Source: a candidate division FCPU426 bacterium (lineage in GTDB: Bacteria; Oederibacteriota; Muellerivitia; Muellerivitales; Muellerivitaceae). From it: DNA of 64,000 bases. The notes below the pieces were generated by a model. The model was given only the letters and a program-made list of their open reading frames with translations, did not search any database and was not told where the DNA came from. Position 1 is the stretch's first letter. Every line of letters begins with the position of its first letter. The position numbers and the translations under genes were made by a program. Shown here in pieces: positions 29,774-38,760 of this stretch. The DNA is taken from NCBI GenBank assembly GCA_963796105.1, contig CAWCKJ010000004.1:128001-192000 (forward strand), in the 5' to 3' direction.

Positions 29774-30412
29774 ATGGGTATTTTCTCAAAAACTGATCCA
29801 ATTAGAAATATTTTCAATTTTGGGTGGTTATTATTTTTGGGATTTTTGTTATCAATTGGAATTATCGGTTCCATTGACACAATCAAAACACACACGATGT
29901 ATGGAAATAGCATCATGAATTTTTATGATATTTTCCCAGGGTATGTCTGGGTGATTTGTGCATTTTTTGGTGCATGTGTAAAAATGTATCTAAAAATATT
30001 GGAACTTCAAAAAATACTCTTCGATTCTTTGATGACTCGGTTTGCGATTTATTTAGAAGATAATTTCAAAATTTTACAGAAATACGAAAAAAAACTTAGA
30101 AAAAAAGGTAAAAAAATAGCGAACTATCACGATCTTACTATTTATTATTGGCAATTAAGGCAAAAAGTCTCAATCGTTTTAAATAAGGCTGTTTCTCAAA
30201 ATCAAATTGGTCCTTTTTCTGACCCGAACGATTCCGTTGTTAGTTTAAATGTAGATGAACTGATTCCACTGGTAAATAAAGATAAAATGCATTTATTGAC
30301 ATTGAGTTTTAAAGCTAGAGACGCAACGTTAGTGTTAGGGGATGGTTTTACAAAAGAATTTTTGTCGTTGTATGAAGAGAAAACTTACAGATTTTTTAAG
30401 CTAGGTACTTGA
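29774..30412 (+). CDS. IS passenger: AT-rich hypothetical protein with two N-terminal TM segments
   Basis: 212-aa ORF inside the TIRs, AGGA RBS, two hydrophobic helices. Confidence 0.7.
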   Translation: MGIFSKTDPIRNIFNFGWLLFLGFLLSIGIIGSIDTIKTHTMYGNSIMNFYDIFPGYVWVICAFFGACVKMYLKILELQKILFDSLMTRFAIYLEDNFKILQKYEKKLRKKGKKIANYHDLTIYYWQLRQKVSIVLNKAVSQNQIGPFSDPNDSVVSLNVDELIPLVNKDKMHLLTLSFKARDATLVLGDGFTKEFLSLYEEKTYRFFKLGT

Positions 30413-30437
30413 CTCATGATCCGGAGTAAAGTATAAT
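30409..30437 (+). promoter_or_regulatory. Sigma70 promoter for the IS1595 transposase, overlapped by a palindrome
   Basis: TTGACT-17 bp-TATAAT inside TACTTGACTC...GAGTAAAGTA. Confidence 0.7.
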
Positions 30438-30473
30438 GCCTTTAGTAGATGAATTAAGGCATGGAGGCGGGAT

Positions 30474-31403
30474 GTGAAAAATACAGCGATTAGCACTTTT
30501 CAACTCTTTAAATTATTCCCTGATAAGGAATCTGCGAGGGTCTATATTGAAAAACTCCGATGGCCGGATGGTCCGGTTTGCCCTGCTTGCGGAGAAACCA
30601 AGCGGATAGGTTCCCGCAGGCCAGAGTATTATTGCTGTAATGCCTGCCTTTTAGACTTTACGGTGCGAACCAATTCCATTTTTGAGCGTTCCCACATTCC
30701 GCTTCATAAATGGCTTTATGCCATGTATTTGCTGGTAACGGCACGTAAAGGGATTTCCAGTATGCAACTTTCCAAGGAAATCGGGGTTACTCAAAAATCG
30801 GCTTGGTTCATGCTTGGCCGTATCCGTGAAGCTTGCGGAAACGATTATTCAACTTTGAGTGGAACCGTTGAAATTGATGAAACCTATGTTGGGGGAAAAG
30901 AAGAAAATAAACATGCAAATAAAAAGCTTCATGCTGGGGGTGGTCCAGTTGGAAAAACTCCTGTTCTTGGAATGCGTGAACGTGGTGAAGGTGGGCACAC
31001 AAGGGCTTTGCCACTCAAGGCTGTAAACAGTGTCACTCTTTCCGAAACGGTTGCCTGGAATGTAAAAGAAGGAAGCACAATCAACACGGACGACAACCAA
31101 GGTTATGGGCCTTTAGACGATGTTTACAAACATGAATCGGTAAATCACAGCGCGAAAGAATACGTTAGGGGAAACGTAACCACTAATAGCATTGAAAGCG
31201 TTTGGGCGGTTTTGAAAAGAGGATTAAACGGGGTTTACCATCATGTGGAAAAGAAGCACTTGGGCCGTTATGTAAACGGATTCACCTTTCGCTTGAATGA
31301 TGGGAATGTGGAGCGCACTACCGATCAAAGAATCTCAAGCCTCTTAGCCGCTTCCGTTGGAAAACGGCTTACTTTTGACGAACTAACGAAGGTGGTTAAA
31401 TGA
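30474..31403 (+). CDS. IS1595-family DDE transposase
   Basis: Zn ribbon CPACG...CNAC; RKGISSMQL; VEIDETYVGG; TDD; TNSIESVWAVLKRG; GGAGG RBS. Confidence 0.95.
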   Translation: MKNTAISTFQLFKLFPDKESARVYIEKLRWPDGPVCPACGETKRIGSRRPEYYCCNACLLDFTVRTNSIFERSHIPLHKWLYAMYLLVTARKGISSMQLSKEIGVTQKSAWFMLGRIREACGNDYSTLSGTVEIDETYVGGKEENKHANKKLHAGGGPVGKTPVLGMRERGEGGHTRALPLKAVNSVTLSETVAWNVKEGSTINTDDNQGYGPLDDVYKHESVNHSAKEYVRGNVTTNSIESVWAVLKRGLNGVYHHVEKKHLGRYVNGFTFRLNDGNVERTTDQRISSLLAASVGKRLTFDELTKVVK

Positions 31404-31507
31404 CCAAGGCCAAAGAAAAAATAAATAAGATGCTTGAAAAGATTTTTAAATATGGGCGACATAAACCAAGAAAAAAGAAAAAACAAAACAGAGAAAATGA
31501 AGGATAA
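31400..31507 (+). CDS. Small basic ORF coupled to the transposase stop
   Basis: ATGA overlap; MTKAKEKINKMLEKIFKYGRHKPRKKKKQNRENEG*. Confidence 0.45.
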   Translation: MTKAKEKINKMLEKIFKYGRHKPRKKKKQNRENEG

Positions 31508-31717
31508 ATGATGTGGCATCGAATAATTTTTGTGATTATTGGGATTTTATTACTTGTCTCTTTGCTTTTTGATTTTTACCTTTCTATGTTATGGGATGAT
31601 AAAAATAATTTTTTTTCATCGTTTAACCCCAGTTTGGTTCGATTGTTCAGGATCAATTGGCTGGTGTCTTTAGGACTATTATTAGTTTTGATTATTTGTC
31701 TATTTTTGTTTAATTAG
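31508..31717 (+). CDS. IS passenger: small 2-TM protein
   Basis: 69 aa with two hydrophobic segments; starts right after the preceding stop and ends just before the TIR. Confidence 0.55.
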   Translation: MMWHRIIFVIIGILLLVSLLFDFYLSMLWDDKNNFFSSFNPSLVRLFRINWLVSLGLLLVLIICLFLFN

Positions 31718-32031
31718 AGAATACTGAGTTAACTATATAAGTCCCATAGTTTTCCATAGGGAAAACTTTTTCTGCATTGAAGCCGATTTTCCTTAGCGCC
31801 CTCCCACTTAGCTTCCCGAATAGCCGCCATCACTTCATCCTCGGCGCCTCCCCTCGAAACCAACCTTGAGACGGCATGACCCGACAATCGAATGGGTTTC
31901 ATAGGCTGATTATATCCTTCCGCGAATGGCCAAATGGGGCAAAACCAGGATAATGCGCCAAGAAGCCGTTTTCCAGCCAAGCTTATCATTAACGAACAAT
32001 TACGAGGCATATTAAACCTGGCCCCTGGAAC

Positions 32032-32335
32032 CCCGAGGGCGGGAAAATAAAAAGGCACCGCCCCGCTGACGCTCATATGGGAAATTTCCCCTATGTACCC
32101 CTTCTCAAGACCAAAGGGGGCTCAGCCCCCTTTGAAATCCCGAGGGCGGAAATTAAAAAGGCACCGCCCTGCTGACGCTCATATGGGAAATTCCCCCTAT
32201 GTACCCCTTCTCAAGACCAAAGGGGGCTCAGCCCCCTTTGAAATCCCGAGGGCGGAAATTAAAAAGGCCCGCCCTCAATTAAGAGAGCGAGCCTTCGCGG
32301 CCTAAATTAAGCCTCTCCCCGGTCAGGGGGAGCGG
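32032..32335. repeat. Copies B, C, D of the CCCGAGGGCGG motif; B and C open tandem ~106-bp hairpin units, D includes the nrdJ terminator
   Basis: Motif at 32032, 32139 and 32245. Units carry CAAAGGGGGCT-C-AGCCCCCTTTG. The minus strand of D reads AGGCTCGCTCTC-TTAATT-GAGGGCGGGCCT-TTTT. Confidence 0.85.
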
Positions 32336-32344
32336 TGAAAACTC

Positions 32345-35121
32345 TTACGAACATCCGCTCGTGGACCCGCAGTTCAGGCACTTAAAGCAGGCCCCGTTGC
32401 GAACCATGATGGACCCGCATTCCGAACAGGACGGCGCGTCGGACTGCGTGGCGAAAATGTTCTTCTCCCTTTTCTCCGACTCGGAGATGCCCGCGGGGGA
32501 AGACTTGTGGGCGATCTTCGCGGGGGAGGCGCTGTTCAGGGTGGCGTCCTTCTCTGCCACCTCCGTCAATTCCGCCGCGCCCCTCTCGCCCGCCGCCAGG
32601 AACTTGATGGCCAGCCAGCGGAAGATATAGTCGGTGATGGACTTGGCGATGCGAACTTCCGGGTTGTTGGTGATGCCCGACGGCTCATAGCGGCTGTGGG
32701 AGAACTTGTTCACCAAGACCTTCAAGGGCACTCCGTATTGCAGGGCGAGCGAGATGGCGGTGGCGAAGGAATCCATCAGACCCGAGACCGTCGAGCCCTC
32801 CTTCGACATGGTGATGAAGAGCTCCCCGGCTGTCCCGTCCTCGAACTTGCCCGACCGTGATATAGCCCTCGTGACCGGCGATGGAGAACTTGTGCGTGAT
32901 GGCTTCCCTTTCATCCGGGAGCCTCCGGCGCACCGGCTTGTGGACCTTGGCCTTCCCCCCCTCGGAGGAGGTGGAAAGGGGCTGGGACCTCTTGCAGCCG
33001 TCGCGGTAGATGGCGACCGCCTTGAGACCCAGTTTCCAGGACTCGATGTAGGCCTGCATGATTTCCTCGGGGGTGGCCTCGTGGGGCAGGTTGACGGTCT
33101 TGGAAATGGCGCCCGACAGGAAGGGCTGGACCGCGCCCATCATGCGGATATGGCCCATGTAGTGGATGGACCTGGTGCCGTTCAATGGCTTGAAGGCGCA
33201 GTCGAACACCGGCAGGTGCTCGGCTTTCAGGTGCGGGGCGCCCTCGATGGTGTCGTGGGCCTCGATATAGGCCAGGATGTCCTTCACCTGGCTCTCGGTG
33301 TACTTCAGGTTCTTCAGGGCCTCGGGAACGGTCTGGTTGACGATCTTGATGACCCCGCCGCCCGACCAGTTTCTTGTACTTGACCAGCGCGATATCGGGC
33401 TCCACGCCGGTGGTGTCGCAATCCATCATGAAGCCGATGGTGCCGGTGGGGGCCAGAACGGTCACCTGGCCGTTGCGGAAACCCCACTCCTTGCCGCGTT
33501 TCCTGCACTTCCTTCCAGACCGTCTGGGCGGCCAGATACAGGTCCTCGGTCACGCCGTCGTGCTTGATCTTGGCGGCCTCGGCCTGGTGCATGCGCATGA
33601 CGTTGAGCATGGGCTGTTCGTTGCGGGAGTAGCCCCGGAAGGGCCCCACTTCCTTGGAAATCCTGGAGCGACATCAGGTTGGCCTCCCCCTGCATGAGGG
33701 ACGTGACCGCCGCCGCGTAATTGCGGCCCTCATCGCCGTCGTAAGGCAGGCCCCTGCGACATCAGGAGCGCGCCCAGGTTGGCGTAGCCCAGCCCCAGGG
33801 GCCGGTAGTCGTGGCTGTTGCGCTCGATGGGCTTGGTGGGATAGCTGGCGTTGTCCACAGTGATTTCCTGCGCCAGGATGGTGATATCCACCGCGTGCCG
33901 GAAGGCCTCGATGTCGAACTCGCCCTCGGGCGTCCGGAACTTCATGAGGTTCAGGGAGGCCAGGTTGCAGGCCGAATCGTCCAGGAACATGTACTCGGAA
34001 CAGGGGTTGCTCGAGTTGATGCGGGCGGTGTTGGAGGAGGTGTGCCAGCGGTTGATGGTGGTGTCGAACTGCATGCCCGGGTCGCCGCAAATCCAGGTGG
34101 ATTCCGCGATCATGCGGAGCATTTCCTTGGCCCGGTAGGTATCCATGGGGTGCCCGTCCTTGCGGGCCTTGGTGGTCCAGGTGCCGTCGTTCTGGGCGGC
34201 GCTGCATGAACTCGTCCGTGACGCGCACCGAATGGTTGGCGTTCTGGAACTGCACCGAGTCGTAGGCCCCGCCGGGAACGTTGAAACCGCCCTCGTAGCC
34301 CGCGTCAATCAGGGCCCAGGCCTTCTTCTCCTCCTCGGACTTGCTCTTGATGAAATCCACGATATCCGGATGGTCTGTGTCCAGGATGACCATCTTGGCC
34401 GCTCGTCTGGTGCGCCCGCCGGACTTGATGACGCCCGCGAAGCTGTCGTAACCCTTCATGAAGGAGACGGGGCCGGAGGCCGTGCCGCCGCCGGATAGCT
34501 TCTCCCGGCTGGAGCGAAGGGCGGAGAAGTTGGTGCCCGGTTCCCGAGCCGAACTTGAAGAGCATGCCCTCGGTCTTGGCCAAGTCCAGGATGGCTTCCA
34601 TGCTGTCGGAGACGCTGTTGATGAAGCAGGCCGAGCACTGGGGCCGGGCCTCGATGCCCACGTTGAACCAGACTGGCGAGTTGAAGGCCATTTTCTGGTG
34701 CACCAGCAGGTGGGTGAGCTCCATGTGGAAAATTTCGGCGTCCTCGTCGGATGTCAAAATAGCCCATGTCCTTTCCCCACTCGGAGATGGTATCGGCCAC
34801 GCGGCGGATCAACTGCTTGACGGATCGTTCGCGCTATGCTCGGTTCCCTGGACGCCGTGGAAGTACTTGGAGACCACGATGTTGGTGGCGGTCTGGGACC
34901 AGGGTTTGGGAACCTCGACATCCTTCTGTTCGAAAATGACCTTGCCCTTCTCGTCGGTAATGGACGCGGAGCGCAGTTCCCACTCGACCTCGTCGAAGGG
35001 ATGGATGCCCTTCGCGGGTGAAATAGCGTTTGAATTTGAGGCCACCCTCTCGGGTGAAGGTATTGGGTCGTACGAACTCTACTTTACTGGATGTGTTCGG
35101 CTGGGTCGGCTGTGCGGACAT
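32345..35121 (-). pseudogene. nrdJ: Class II (adenosylcobalamin-dependent) ribonucleotide reductase with TSCPD/Zn-ribbon C-terminus; ~10 frameshifts as given (true pseudogene or sequence error)
   Basis: Fragments carry [62 protein letters not shown] and CSECG..CLNCG..SGCS. GGAGG RBS before ATG 35121. Confidence 0.85.
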
Positions 35122-35495
35122 GCGTCCTCCTTCTTAAAAATGGCCCAAAATTAACTGCCTGATGTTTACGGGCCTTAACATCAGTAGGTGATGCGGTAGT
35201 GTTGTTGTTTATTTATGGAAATGGTCGAAAGATATCGCCGGCAGTTGCGGGACAAAACTCTCAAAGCTTCCATCCAATCTACTTACTCTTTGTTAGGGAA
35301 TACCGGGATGACTTTAACCAACTTGAACCGTCAAACCCCGGCTTTATTCCTGCTTTCTTAACCTGGTCGGGGCTGGAAGGCTGAAAACTCCGCCAAAACC
35401 AAATAAAAAAACATCATTCCTATGCTAAAAAACCCGGCTAAATTGGGCTTTTATTCACTTCAGCTCCCCCAATATCGGCCAAAAATCGTTATTTA

Positions 35496-35548
35496 ACACC
35501 ATATTTAGACAACAAAAGTTTATATACCACCAGACTTAGTATTGTCAA
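35496..35548 (-). promoter_or_regulatory. Tandem NrdR boxes overlapping the putative nrdJ promoter
   Basis: ACACCATATTTAGACA (35496) and CCACCAGACTTAGTAT (35527) are 31 bp apart and fit acaCwAtATaTwGtg. Minus-strand TTGACA at 35548-35543. Confidence 0.6.
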
Positions 35549-35671
35549 AAGAAATTTTTATATATTTTTTCAGGGTACCATTTGATTTTCAGGGAGATTT
35601 TTCCACGGTTTTTTCAGGGACTTTCCCAAGGAAGGTTTTATTCCACCCGCTCTTGCCGGATGATTTTCTGC

Positions 35672-36664
35672 TCAATTTTCGTCCTTATTTGTTTTCCCCT
35701 TGCCGGTCAACCCATCCAAATACTGCTGTTGGGCGTCATGGTTCTTGTCACTGAGCCACTCGTCGCAAAAAGAGCAGGCCACAGGCTCATCCCTCATGGC
35801 AGACAATTGTTGGCGGTACTGGCCCACCTTTTCCGTTAGGCCCAGCCTGCGGCTCAGGTCAAAACAATCGGCGATGGCGCAAAAATCCTTCGGGTGGGCG
35901 GTCAAATAACTTTCGATATATTCCAGGAGCTTCAAGGATTCGCCGTTGGTCGAGTGGACGGGGTCGTAGGATTGGACATGGTCCAAAAACTCATCCTTCG
36001 CCCCAACGAATCCCCGGCCGTTCCAGCGGAAGGGACGGCCGTAATAAATCTGGAACTCTTGCTCGTTATTGATCATGGCCTTCTGGTAATCCACCATGAG
36101 GGGTTTGCCCGATTCCTTCGCGACCCTCGGCCCCATTCCAAGCCCCTGGATGGAAGCGGATTTCCTGAAGGTTCCGTCCTTATAGATGAACACATTCGCG
36201 ATCTGGGTGATGCCCGAGGAGGAGTAAACCACCAGCTGGTCCCTTCCCTGGGCGGTCAAGTCTGCGCCCTCGAAGCCCTCGTACTTTTTGCCATCCACGA
36301 GTTCCACCTGGACGAGTTTCCAATCGTCCTTGCCCTTGTGGAAGTAGGCAAAACCAGAACCTGCGTCCTCGACCATCTGGCGTCCGAGGTTATAAACCAC
36401 CCCGTTGTCCTTATAGCCCGCGATGCCGATGATCACGTCCGACTTCGGGGAATCCGAGAAATCATGGTAGGCGATCCCGGAAACGTTCCAAAAAATCTCT
36501 TTTTTACCCTGGTATTTCTTGTTAAGTCGTTCGTTGATTTCCCCCAGGCGGATCTGACCGAAGGCGACGAGATTGGAGGCGGTATCGTCCACCGCGAATA
36601 AAGGCAGGACCGATAACTGGAATAGACCCATGATGAAAATGCTAAAAACGAACTCGGTTTTCAT
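35672..36664 (-). CDS. Secreted hypothetical protein
   Basis: Signal peptide MKTEFVFSIFIMGLFQLSVLPLFA; FG-GAP-like motif GADLTAQGRDQLVVY. Confidence 0.7.
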   Translation of the reverse strand: MKTEFVFSIFIMGLFQLSVLPLFAVDDTASNLVAFGQIRLGEINERLNKKYQGKKEIFWNVSGIAYHDFSDSPKSDVIIGIAGYKDNGVVYNLGRQMVEDAGSGFAYFHKGKDDWKLVQVELVDGKKYEGFEGADLTAQGRDQLVVYSSSGITQIANVFIYKDGTFRKSASIQGLGMGPRVAKESGKPLMVDYQKAMINNEQEFQIYYGRPFRWNGRGFVGAKDEFLDHVQSYDPVHSTNGESLKLLEYIESYLTAHPKDFCAIADCFDLSRRLGLTEKVGQYRQQLSAMRDEPVACSFCDEWLSDKNHDAQQQYLDGLTGKGKTNKDEN

Positions 36665-36751
36665 GCCCCTGCCCCTTTCAAGCCGAAGGAAAAAGATTAT
36701 TAAAATAGGCAATGTTTCAAAAAACAAAGATTTATCAGTAAATGTTTAAGA

Positions 36752-36900
36752 TGTCATTGCGAGGAACGAATTATGTAACGAAGCAACCCAAGTTAATGGG
36801 TGGTTTTAAGTTTTCATTCACTATCAGCAAAAACATATTTAAACTTAGGTTGCTTCGTCATAAACGTCCGCCTATTCGGCGGTCAATCCTTGCAATGACA
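36752..36900. repeat. Empty TGTCATTGCGAG...CTTGCAATGACA palindromic element (149 bp)
   Basis: Outer IR TGTCATTGC/GCAATGACA and inner IR CGAAGCAACC/GGTTGCTTCG; same ends as 38409-38820. Confidence 0.85.
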
Positions 36901-36979
36901 AATAAGGCTTTTTCAGGACGTAATTGTTTCATTTAGTAATTGAGTTTTCATATGTTCAAGTGCGTTTAGCTATTGTGCT

Positions 36980-38290
36980 TTAGACGCCCTTGGCTTTCAA
37001 CTGGGCCGCCAAATCCTCGTAACCCTTTTTCCCCAGGAGGGCGAACATGTTTTTCTTGTAGGCTTCCACTCCCGGCTGGTCGAAGGGGTTGATGCCCAAG
37101 AGGGTCCCGGAAATTCCGCAGGCCATCTCGAAGAAATAATAAAGGTACCCCAGCGAATACTCCGAGACCCTGTCCAGGGTCAAGCGGATGACGGGCAACC
37201 CGCCGTCCCGGTGGGCCACCGCTGTTCCCTTCATGGCCTGTTCGTTGACCCAGGAAAGCCTCTTTCCCGCGAGGAAATTCAAGCCTTCCCGGTCCTCCGG
37301 GTCCCTTGGAATCAACACTTCCTTATCCTCTTTTTGCACCCAAAGGATGGTCTCCAGCAGGGTCCTTCGCCCTTCCTGTAGGTACTGGCCCATGCTGTGC
37401 AGATCGGTGGTCAAATCCACGCTGGCGGGGAAGATGCCCTTACCTTCCTTGCCTTCCGATTCCCCATAAAGCTGTTTCCACCACTCGCCTACATAATGCA
37501 ATTCAGGCCGGAAATTAGCGAGCACCTCGATGGTCTTTCCCTTCTGATAAAGAAGGAACCTGGCCGCGGCGTAGCGGGCCGCGAGATTGACGGACAAGTC
37601 CGCCGACCTCATGTCCTTGGCCGCGTCCTGCGCCCCTTTCAGGAGCCTTCCAATGTCGAACCCCGCGATGGCGATCGGCAGGAGCCCCACGGGGGTCAGA
37701 ACGGAATAACGCCCCCCCACATCGTCCGGAATGACGAAGGTTTTGTAGCCATCCGCGTCCGCCAGATCCTTCAAGGCTCCTTTGGCCTGATCCGTCACGG
37801 CCACGATTCTCTTGCGGGCTTTTTTCTTTCCCGCTCCCTTTTCCAGCCAGGACTTCAAGATCCGGAAAGCCACGGCAGGCTCGGTGGTAGTTCCTGATTT
37901 CGAGATGACGCAAATCCCGGTTTTTTTGGGTTTCAATTCCGATAGGAGCTTCTGGAAGTCGGTGGGCGACAAGTGATGTCCGGCGAAATGGATCTTAGGC
38001 GCACCCCCGAGGGCCTCTAGGGTGGCTTTCGTCCCCAGGTAGGACCCGCCGATTCCCACGCAAACGACGTCCCTGCATTTATCAAACACCCCCGCGGCCT
38101 TCCGCAAGGCCTGAAGCTGTTTGGCCGCCGAGGAGGGAAGATCGATCCAGCCCAGGAAGTCCGCTCCCCGGCCGGTCTTTTTCAAAAGGCTCTCGAGCGC
38201 CGCTTGAACTTGCGGCTGTATGCCCTCAATGTCCTTTTCCGTCACGGTTTCCGAGATGTAGCTCAAGTCCAGGGTCAAGGGTTTTGGCAT
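36980..38290 (-). CDS. pgi: Glucose-6-phosphate isomerase
   Basis: GIGGSYLG, SKSGTTTE, DVGGRYSVL, QLYGESEGK, DLHSMGQ and PFDQPGVEAYK. Confidence 0.97.
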   Translation of the reverse strand: MPKPLTLDLSYISETVTEKDIEGIQPQVQAALESLLKKTGRGADFLGWIDLPSSAAKQLQALRKAAGVFDKCRDVVCVGIGGSYLGTKATLEALGGAPKIHFAGHHLSPTDFQKLLSELKPKKTGICVISKSGTTTEPAVAFRILKSWLEKGAGKKKARKRIVAVTDQAKGALKDLADADGYKTFVIPDDVGGRYSVLTPVGLLPIAIAGFDIGRLLKGAQDAAKDMRSADLSVNLAARYAAARFLLYQKGKTIEVLANFRPELHYVGEWWKQLYGESEGKEGKGIFPASVDLTTDLHSMGQYLQEGRRTLLETILWVQKEDKEVLIPRDPEDREGLNFLAGKRLSWVNEQAMKGTAVAHRDGGLPVIRLTLDRVSEYSLGYLYYFFEMACGISGTLLGINPFDQPGVEAYKKNMFALLGKKGYEDLAAQLKAKGV

Positions 38291-38388
38291 GATTAGCTCC
38301 TTTTAAATAAAAAATAAGCACTAAAAAATCCGTTCATTCATCGGGAATGATATTTCGGTTCAACCTTGTTTTTTGATGAAAATCTTTT

Positions 38389-38760
38389 TTATGGAACATT
38401 TAATAGGCTGTCATTGCGAGCTTTGAATTTCAAAGCGAAGCAACCCAAGTTCATGGGTGGTTTACGCATTTGTAATTCGGATGTTAAATCCTTCCATTTC
38501 GGGTTTATACCCCGTATCAAATCAATTTTCTTTTGCCTCGAACCGCCTTTAATTTGTTTTTCTCGGGTGATTGCGGCTTTTATATCTTCGAATCCTTCAT
38601 AATAAACGAGTTTATCAGCCCTATATTTTTTAGTAAAACCTTCCTTCAACTTTAGTTTATGTTCCGCAATTCTTTTTTTGAGATCACCAGTGACACCTGT
38701 ATAGAGAGCGGTATTGTTTCTGGTAGTTGTGATGTAAACGCAATAAAGCATTTCATTCAC
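38389..38760 (-). CDS. GIY-YIG nuclease (YhbQ-like), reading into its flanking repeat
   Basis: YCVYI...LYTGVTGDLKKRIAEH...GFTKKY...LVYYE...AITREKQIKG...NPKWKDL. Confidence 0.9.
   Translation of the reverse strand: MNEMLYCVYITTTRNNTALYTGVTGDLKKRIAEHKLKLKEGFTKKYRADKLVYYEGFEDIKAAITREKQIKGGSRQKKIDLIRGINPKWKDLTSELQMRKPPMNLGCFALKFKARNDSLLNVP

Larger units (their letters stand above)
29722..31745 (+). mobile_element. IS1595-family element carrying passenger genes (2024 bp)
   Basis: Perfect 20-bp TIR GGGACTTATATAGTTAACTC (29722-29741, 31726-31745). 8-bp target duplication ATAGTTTC/ATAGTTTT, or exact CATAGTTT with 1-bp shifted ends. Confidence 0.9.
29616..31902 (-). pseudogene. DUF4258-type putative toxin split by IS1595 (31746-31902 and 29616-29713)
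   Basis: Removing the IS and one 8-bp duplication gives a 255-nt ORF: MKPIRLSGHAVSRLVSRGGAEDEV...SFPYGKLW|NGKTYNTKQVKAVFEERENEIFVNTVYVFYF*. Confidence 0.85.

Noticed and set aside
31903..32076. N-terminal extension of the 115-aa ORF 31729..32076
   Set aside because: It runs through repeat and promoter DNA; the DUF4258-like sequence starts at ATG 31902.
32093..32305. 70-aa + strand ORF
   Set aside because: Translation of the tandem 106-bp repeat and terminator.
28309..32340. Classical integron
   Set aside because: No IntI gene and no recognisable RYYYAAC...GTTRRRY attC sites; reported instead as an unexplained repeat-bounded tract.
32345..35121. Programmed frameshifting, intein or intron in nrdJ
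   Set aside because: About ten scattered indels without consistent slippery sites; the reconstructed length (~920 aa) is ordinary and no insertion is evident.
35241..35254. Cobalamin riboswitch (minus-strand TGTCCCGCAACTGC)
   Set aside because: Only this short motif matches; I could not find the upstream GGGAA or the downstream AGYCAG/ACCTG elements.
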